Assembly: GCF_003334255.1 (NCBI RefSeq)
Contig: NZ_QOWU01000056.1
DNA length: 38,759 bases
From: Escherichia coli
Lineage (GTDB): Bacteria; Pseudomonadota; Gammaproteobacteria; Enterobacterales; Enterobacteriaceae
Reading direction: 5' to 3' (one strand)
A model generated the notes under the pieces. It was not told where the DNA came from. It ran no database searches and saw only the letters and a program-made list of their open reading frames with translations. Position numbers and translations under genes: made by a program. How positions within the stretch are numbered: position 1 is the stretch's first letter; each line of letters opens with the position of its first letter. Below, one piece after another: positions 25,991 through 38,759 of this stretch.

Positions 25991-26028
25991 AAAAGCCAGT
26001 CTGGAAACAGGCTGGCTTTTTTTTGCGC
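25991..26028 (+). terminator. rho-independent terminator of the atp operon
   Basis: AAAAGCCAGTCTG-GAAA-CAGGCTGGCTTTTTTTT: near-perfect stem with tetraloop and 8-T run. Confidence 0.85.
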
Positions 26029-26324
26029 GTGTGACCCGTCCTGAATAGCGTTCACATAGATCCTGCTGATATAAAACCCCCCTGTTTTCCTGTTTATTCA
26101 TTGATCGAAATAAGAGCAAAAACATCCACCTGACGCTTAAATTAAGGTACTGCCTTAATTTTCTGCAGACAAAAGGCGTGACGATGGTCGAAAATGGCGC
26201 TTTCGTCAGCGGGGATAATCCGTTATTGAACAATTTATCCTCTGTCCATTTCACGATGAAAAAAATGTAGTTTTTTCAAGGTGAAGCGGTTTAAATTCGT
26301 TCTCAAATTACAGTCAGGACGCGT

Positions 26325-27695
26325 ATGTTGAATAATGCTATGAGCGTAGTGATCCTTGCCGCAGGCAAAGGCACGCGCATGTATTCCGATCTTCCGAAAG
26401 TGCTGCATACCCTTGCCGGGAAAGCGATGGTTCAGCATGTCATTGATGCTGCGAATGAATTAGGCGCAGCGCACGTTCACCTGGTGTACGGTCACGGCGG
26501 CGATCTGCTAAAACAGGCGCTGAAAGACGACAACCTTAACTGGGTGCTTCAGGCAGAGCAGCTGGGTACGGGTCATGCAATGCAGCAGGCCGCACCTTTC
26601 TTTGCCGATGATGAAGACATTTTAATGCTCTACGGCGACGTGCCGCTGATCTCTGTCGAAACACTCCAGCGTCTGCGTGATGCTAAACCGCAGGGTGGCA
26701 TTGGTCTGCTGACGGTGAAACTGGATGATCCGACCGGTTATGGACGTATCACCCGTGAAAACGGCAAAGTTACCGGCATTGTTGAGCACAAAGATGCCAC
26801 CGACGAGCAGCGTCAGATTCAGGAGATCAACACCGGCATTCTGATTGCCAACGGCGCAGATATGAAACGCTGGCTGGCGAAGCTGACCAACAATAATGCT
26901 CAGGGCGAATACTACATCACCGACATTATTGCGCTGGCGTATCAGGAAGGGCGTGAAATCGTCGCCGTTCATCCGCAACGTTTAAGCGAAGTAGAAGGCG
27001 TGAATAACCGCCTGCAACTCTCCCGTCTGGAGCGTGTTTATCAGTCCGAACAGGCTGAAAAACTGCTGTTAGCAGGCGTTATGCTGCGCGATCCAGCGCG
27101 TTTTGATCTGCGTGGTACGCTAACTCACGGGCGCGATGTTGAAATTGATACTAACGTTATCATCGAGGGCAACGTGACTCTCGGTCATCGCGTGAAAATT
27201 GGCACCGGTTGCGTGATTAAAAACAGCGTGATTGGCGATGATTGCGAAATCAGTCCGTATACCGTTGTGGAAGATGCGAATCTGGCAGCGGCCTGTACCA
27301 TTGGCCCGTTTGCCCGTTTGCGTCCTGGTGCTGAGTTGCTGGAAGGTGCTCACGTCGGTAACTTCGTTGAGATGAAAAAAGCGCGTCTGGGTAAAGGCTC
27401 GAAAGCTGGTCATCTGACTTACCTGGGCGATGCGGAAATTGGCGATAACGTTAACATCGGCGCGGGAACCATTACCTGCAACTACGATGGTGCGAATAAA
27501 TTTAAGACCATTATCGGCGACGATGTGTTTGTTGGTTCCGACACTCAGCTGGTGGCCCCGGTAACAGTAGGCAAAGGCGCGACCATTGCTGCGGGTACAA
27601 CTGTGACGCGTAATGTCGGCGAAAATGCATTAGCTATCAGCCGTGTGCCGCAGACTCAGAAAGAAGGCTGGCGTCGTCCGGTAAAGAAAAAGTGA
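26325..27695 (+). CDS. glmU: bifunctional GlcNAc-1-P uridyltransferase / GlcN-1-P acetyltransferase
   Basis: 456-aa ORF; N-terminal nucleotidyltransferase motif (LAAGKGTRM) and C-terminal hexapeptide-repeat region. Confidence 0.97.
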   Translation: MLNNAMSVVILAAGKGTRMYSDLPKVLHTLAGKAMVQHVIDAANELGAAHVHLVYGHGGDLLKQALKDDNLNWVLQAEQLGTGHAMQQAAPFFADDEDILMLYGDVPLISVETLQRLRDAKPQGGIGLLTVKLDDPTGYGRITRENGKVTGIVEHKDATDEQRQIQEINTGILIANGADMKRWLAKLTNNNAQGEYYITDIIALAYQEGREIVAVHPQRLSEVEGVNNRLQLSRLERVYQSEQAEKLLLAGVMLRDPARFDLRGTLTHGRDVEIDTNVIIEGNVTLGHRVKIGTGCVIKNSVIGDDCEISPYTVVEDANLAAACTIGPFARLRPGAELLEGAHVGNFVEMKKARLGKGSKAGHLTYLGDAEIGDNVNIGAGTITCNYDGANKFKTIIGDDVFVGSDTQLVAPVTVGKGATIAAGTTVTRNVGENALAISRVPQTQKEGWRRPVKKK

Positions 27696-27856
27696 TTCTG
27701 GCCGGCTAACCCGGTCACATGGGATGAGGAGATAACATAATCTCCCTCCCACAAGCAGTAACTATAAAAATAACCCCACTCTCTACAAGGCTCGGGGCGC
27801 CCGAAAAAACGGGCATACAGGTTGACCGACAACGATATAAATCGGAATCAAAAACT
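27696..27856 (+). promoter_or_regulatory. glmU-glmS intergenic region: site of glmUS mRNA processing and sRNA (GlmZ)-dependent activation of glmS translation
   Basis: Position only; the function is established knowledge for E. coli, not derived from the sequence. Confidence 0.5.
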
Positions 27857-29686
27857 ATGTGTGGAATTGTTGGCGCGATCGCGCAACGTGATGTAGCAGA
27901 AATCCTTCTTGAAGGTTTACGTCGTCTGGAATACCGCGGATATGACTCTGCCGGTCTGGCCGTTGTTGATGCAGAAGGTCATATGACCCGCCTGCGTCGC
28001 CTCGGTAAAGTCCAGATGCTGGCACAGGCAGCGGAAGAACATCCTCTGCATGGCGGCACTGGTATTGCTCACACTCGCTGGGCGACCCACGGTGAACCTT
28101 CAGAAGTGAATGCGCATCCGCATGTTTCTGAACACATTGTGGTGGTGCATAACGGCATCATCGAAAACCATGAACCGCTGCGTGAAGAGCTAAAAGCGCG
28201 TGGCTATACCTTCGTTTCTGAAACCGACACCGAAGTGATTGCCCATCTGGTGAACTGGGAGCTGAAACAAGGCGGGACTCTGCGTGAGGCCGTTCTGCGT
28301 GCTATCCCGCAGCTGCGTGGTGCGTACGGTACAGTGATCATGGACTCCCGTCACCCGGATACCCTGCTGGCGGCACGTTCTGGTAGTCCGCTGGTGATTG
28401 GCCTGGGGATGGGCGAAAACTTTATCGCTTCTGACCAGCTGGCGCTGTTGCCGGTGACCCGTCGCTTTATCTTCCTTGAAGAGGGCGATATTGCGGAAAT
28501 CACTCGCCGTTCGGTAAACATCTTCGATAAAACTGGCGCGGAAGTAAAACGTCAGGATATCGAATCCAATCTGCAATATGACGCGGGCGATAAAGGCATT
28601 TACCGTCACTACATGCAGAAAGAGATCTACGAACAGCCGAACGCGATCAAAAACACCCTTACCGGACGCATCAGCCACGGTCAGGTTGATTTAAGCGAGC
28701 TGGGACCGAACGCCGACGAACTGCTGTCGAAGGTTGAGCATATTCAGATCCTCGCCTGTGGTACTTCTTATAACTCCGGTATGGTTTCCCGCTACTGGTT
28801 TGAATCGCTAGCAGGTATTCCGTGCGACGTCGAAATCGCCTCTGAATTCCGCTATCGCAAATCTGCCGTGCGTCGTAACAGCCTGATGATCACCTTGTCA
28901 CAGTCTGGCGAAACCGCGGATACCCTGGCTGGCCTGCGTCTGTCGAAAGAGCTGGGTTACCTTGGTTCACTGGCAATCTGTAACGTTCCGGGTTCTTCTC
29001 TGGTGCGCGAATCCGATCTGGCGCTAATGACCAACGCGGGTACAGAAATCGGCGTGGCATCCACTAAAGCATTCACCACTCAGTTAACTGTGCTGTTGAT
29101 GCTGGTGGCGAAGCTGTCTCGCCTGAAAGGTCTGGATGCCTCCATTGAACATGACATCGTGCATGGTCTGCAGGCGCTGCCGAGCCGTATTGAGCAGATG
29201 CTGTCTCAGGACAAACGCATTGAAGCGCTGGCAGAAGATTTCTCTGACAAACATCACGCGCTGTTCCTGGGCCGTGGCGATCAGTACCCAATCGCGCTGG
29301 AAGGCGCATTGAAGTTGAAAGAGATCTCTTACATTCACGCTGAAGCCTACGCTGCTGGCGAACTGAAACACGGTCCGCTGGCGCTAATTGATGCCGATAT
29401 GCCGGTTATTGTTGTTGCACCGAACAACGAATTGCTGGAAAAACTGAAATCCAACATTGAAGAAGTTCGCGCGCGTGGCGGTCAGTTGTATGTCTTCGCC
29501 GATCAGGATGCGGGTTTTGTAAGTAGCGATAACATGCACATCATCGAGATGCCGCATGTGGAAGAGGTGATTGCACCGATCTTCTACACCGTTCCGCTGC
29601 AGCTGCTGGCTTACCATGTCGCGCTGATCAAAGGCACCGACGTTGACCAGCCGCGTAACCTGGCAAAATCGGTTACGGTTGAGTAA
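27857..29686 (+). CDS. glmS: glutamine--fructose-6-phosphate aminotransferase
   Basis: 609-aa ORF starting MCGIVGAI (Ntn-hydrolase Cys after Met removal); ends ...AKSVTVE. Confidence 0.98.
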   Translation: MCGIVGAIAQRDVAEILLEGLRRLEYRGYDSAGLAVVDAEGHMTRLRRLGKVQMLAQAAEEHPLHGGTGIAHTRWATHGEPSEVNAHPHVSEHIVVVHNGIIENHEPLREELKARGYTFVSETDTEVIAHLVNWELKQGGTLREAVLRAIPQLRGAYGTVIMDSRHPDTLLAARSGSPLVIGLGMGENFIASDQLALLPVTRRFIFLEEGDIAEITRRSVNIFDKTGAEVKRQDIESNLQYDAGDKGIYRHYMQKEIYEQPNAIKNTLTGRISHGQVDLSELGPNADELLSKVEHIQILACGTSYNSGMVSRYWFESLAGIPCDVEIASEFRYRKSAVRRNSLMITLSQSGETADTLAGLRLSKELGYLGSLAICNVPGSSLVRESDLALMTNAGTEIGVASTKAFTTQLTVLLMLVAKLSRLKGLDASIEHDIVHGLQALPSRIEQMLSQDKRIEALAEDFSDKHHALFLGRGDQYPIALEGALKLKEISYIHAEAYAAGELKHGPLALIDADMPVIVVAPNNELLEKLKSNIEEVRARGGQLYVFADQDAGFVSSDNMHIIEMPHVEEVIAPIFYTVPLQLLAYHVALIKGTDVDQPRNLAKSVTVE

Positions 29687-29692
29687 TAAATG

Positions 29693-29722
29693 GATGCCCT
29701 GCGTAAGCGGGGCATTTTTCTT
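29693..29722 (+). terminator. rho-independent terminator after glmS
   Basis: Stem ATGCCCTG / CGGGGCAT followed by a T-run. Confidence 0.7.
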
Positions 29723-29782
29723 CCTGTTATGTTTTTAATCAAACATCCTGCCAACTCCATGTGACAAACCGTCATCTTCGGC

Positions 29783-29811
29783 TACTTTTTCTCTGTCACA
29801 GAATGAAAATT
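29783..29811 (+). promoter_or_regulatory. upstream PhoB-binding pho boxes of the pstS promoter
   Basis: Direct CTGTCAC (29783..29789) and CTGTCAT (29805..29811) repeats about 11 bp-phased with the downstream boxes. Confidence 0.6.
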
Positions 29812-29893
29812 TTTCTGTCATCTCTTCGTTATTAATGTTTGTAATTGACTGAATATCAACGCTTATTTAAATCAGACTGAAGACTTTATCTCT

Positions 29894-29933
29894 CTGTCAT
29901 AAAACTGTCATATTCCTTACATATAACTGTCAC
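29894..29933 (+). promoter_or_regulatory. core pho boxes of the pstS promoter
   Basis: CTGTCATAAAACTGTCATA (29894..29912) matches the pho-box consensus CTGTCATA(A/T)A(A/T)CTGTCA(C/T); a second box ends in CTGTCAC at ~29927..29933. Confidence 0.85.
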
Positions 29934-29981
29934 CTGTTTGTCCTATTTTGCTTCTCGTAGCCAACAAACAATGCTTTATGA

Positions 29982-31040
<1,059 letters not shown>

Positions 31041-31048
31041 TAAAACTC

Positions 31049-31085
31049 CAGGCCGGGTACGGTGTTTTACGCCGCATCCGGCATT
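31049..31085 (-). repeat. REP (repetitive extragenic palindromic) element between pstS and pstC
   Basis: GGCCGGGTACGGTGTTTTACGCCGCATCCGGCA resembles the REP consensus in reverse orientation. Confidence 0.7.
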
Positions 31086-31123
31086 ACAAAATGACTTTGT
31101 AAACGCGTTTAACTGAAGAGTAA

Positions 31124-32976
<1,853 letters not shown>

Positions 32977-32994
32977 TATTGCTGACACGGTTTT

Positions 32995-33032
32995 CCCCTC
33001 ACCCTAACCCTCTCCCCAGAGGGGCGAGGGGA
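32995..33032. repeat. GC-rich imperfect palindrome (CCCTCACCCTAACCCTCTCCCCAGAGGGGCGAGGGGAC), possibly a boxC-type intergenic repeat
   Basis: Read from the sequence in the pstA-pstB spacer; family assignment is tentative and from memory. Confidence 0.35.
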
Positions 33033-33074
33033 CCGACCGAGCGCCTTTTTGACTCTGTACACGGTTAACACTTT

Positions 33075-33108
33075 GCCGGATGCGGCGTGAACGCCTGATC
33101 CGGCCTAC
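33075..33108 (+). repeat. REP element between pstA and pstB
   Basis: GCCGGATGCGGCGTGAACGCCTGATCCGGCCTAC is a near-canonical REP sequence. Confidence 0.85.
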
Positions 33109-33119
33109 GGTAAGCCTGA

Positions 33120-33932
<813 letters not shown>

Positions 33933-33946
33933 TTCAGGAGTGCGTT

Positions 33947-34672
33947 ATGGACAGTCTCAATCTTAATAAACATATTTCCGGCCAGTTCAACGCCGAACTG
34001 GAAAGTATCCGCACGCAGGTGATGACCATGGGCGGCATGGTGGAGCAGCAGCTTTCTGATGCAATCACCGCGATGCATAACCAGGACAGCGATCTGGCGA
34101 AGCGCGTGATCGAAGGCGACAAGAACGTCAACATGATGGAAGTGGCGATCGATGAAGCCTGCGTGCGCATTATCGCCAAACGTCAGCCGACGGCGAGCGA
34201 CCTGCGACTGGTTATGGTGATCAGTAAAACCATTGCCGAGCTGGAGCGTATTGGCGACGTGGCGGACAAAATCTGCCGTACTGCGCTGGAGAAATTCTCC
34301 CAGCAGCATCAGCCGTTGCTGGTAAGTCTGGAGTCGCTGGGCCGTCATACCATCCAGATGCTGCACGACGTGCTGGACGCGTTCGCGCGGATGGACATTG
34401 ACGAAGCGGTACGTATTTATCGTGAAGATAAAAAAGTCGATCAGGAATACGAAGGTATTGTTCGTCAACTGATGACCTACATGATGGAAGATTCGCGCAC
34501 TATTCCGAGCGTACTTACCGCGCTGTTCTGTGCGCGTTCAATCGAACGTATCGGCGACCGCTGCCAGAATATTTGTGAGTTTATCTTCTACTACGTGAAG
34601 GGTCAGGATTTCCGTCATGTAGGCGGTGATGAGCTGGATAAACTGCTGGCGGGAAAAGATAGCGACAAATAA
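33947..34672 (+). CDS. phoU: phosphate signalling negative regulator PhoU
   Basis: 241 aa starting [20 protein letters not shown]; ORF track has a 6-codon upstream extension. Confidence 0.93.
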   Translation: MDSLNLNKHISGQFNAELESIRTQVMTMGGMVEQQLSDAITAMHNQDSDLAKRVIEGDKNVNMMEVAIDEACVRIIAKRQPTASDLRLVMVISKTIAELERIGDVADKICRTALEKFSQQHQPLLVSLESLGRHTIQMLHDVLDAFARMDIDEAVRIYREDKKVDQEYEGIVRQLMTYMMEDSRTIPSVLTALFCARSIERIGDRCQNICEFIFYYVKGQDFRHVGGDELDKLLAGKDSDK

Positions 34673-34681
34673 TTCACCAGA

Positions 34682-34711
34682 CAAATCCCAATAACTTAAT
34701 TATTGGGATTT
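34682..34711 (+). terminator. hairpin terminator after phoU
   Basis: CAAATCCCAATAA-CTT-AATTATTGGGATTTG: 13-bp near-perfect stem followed by an AT-rich tract. Confidence 0.7.
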
Positions 34712-34867
34712 GTTATATATAACTTTATAAATTCCTAAAATTACACAAAGTTAATAACTGCGAGCATGGTCATATTTTTATCAATAGCGCATTGCTATTT
34801 TCTCTGCACGCAATTAAATTAATTTCCGAACCTGGATGTTCGTTATAAAAACCATTAATAAATGACT

Positions 34868-38759
<3,892 letters not shown>

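Overview
This window is the chromosomal replication-origin neighbourhood of an Escherichia coli / Shigella-type enterobacterium, in reverse orientation relative to the usual K-12 map. The assignment rests on recognising the translated ORFs and several non-coding motifs from memory; no database search was run. Gene order: rrn P1 promoter (minus strand, reading out of the window) - yieP - hsrA - rbsRKBCAD (minus) - kup (minus) - ravA-viaA - asnA (minus) - asnC - mioC - oriC - mnmG(gidA) - rsmG(gidB) - atpIBEFHAGDC - glmU - glmS - pstSCAB-phoU - bglG - bglF - bglB. Almost every base is explained by well-characterised core genes and their known regulatory elements (oriC DnaA boxes and 13-mers, pho boxes, bgl RAT/terminator pairs, REP elements, rho-independent terminators). 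I do not see a novel or undescribed system here. The only features that depart from the canonical layout are at the right edge: bglB carries a 1-nt frameshift in a T-run and is then cut off by the left end of an IS1 element that runs off the window. Long antisense ORFs across the atp, pst and mnmG genes are judged to be shadow ORFs.
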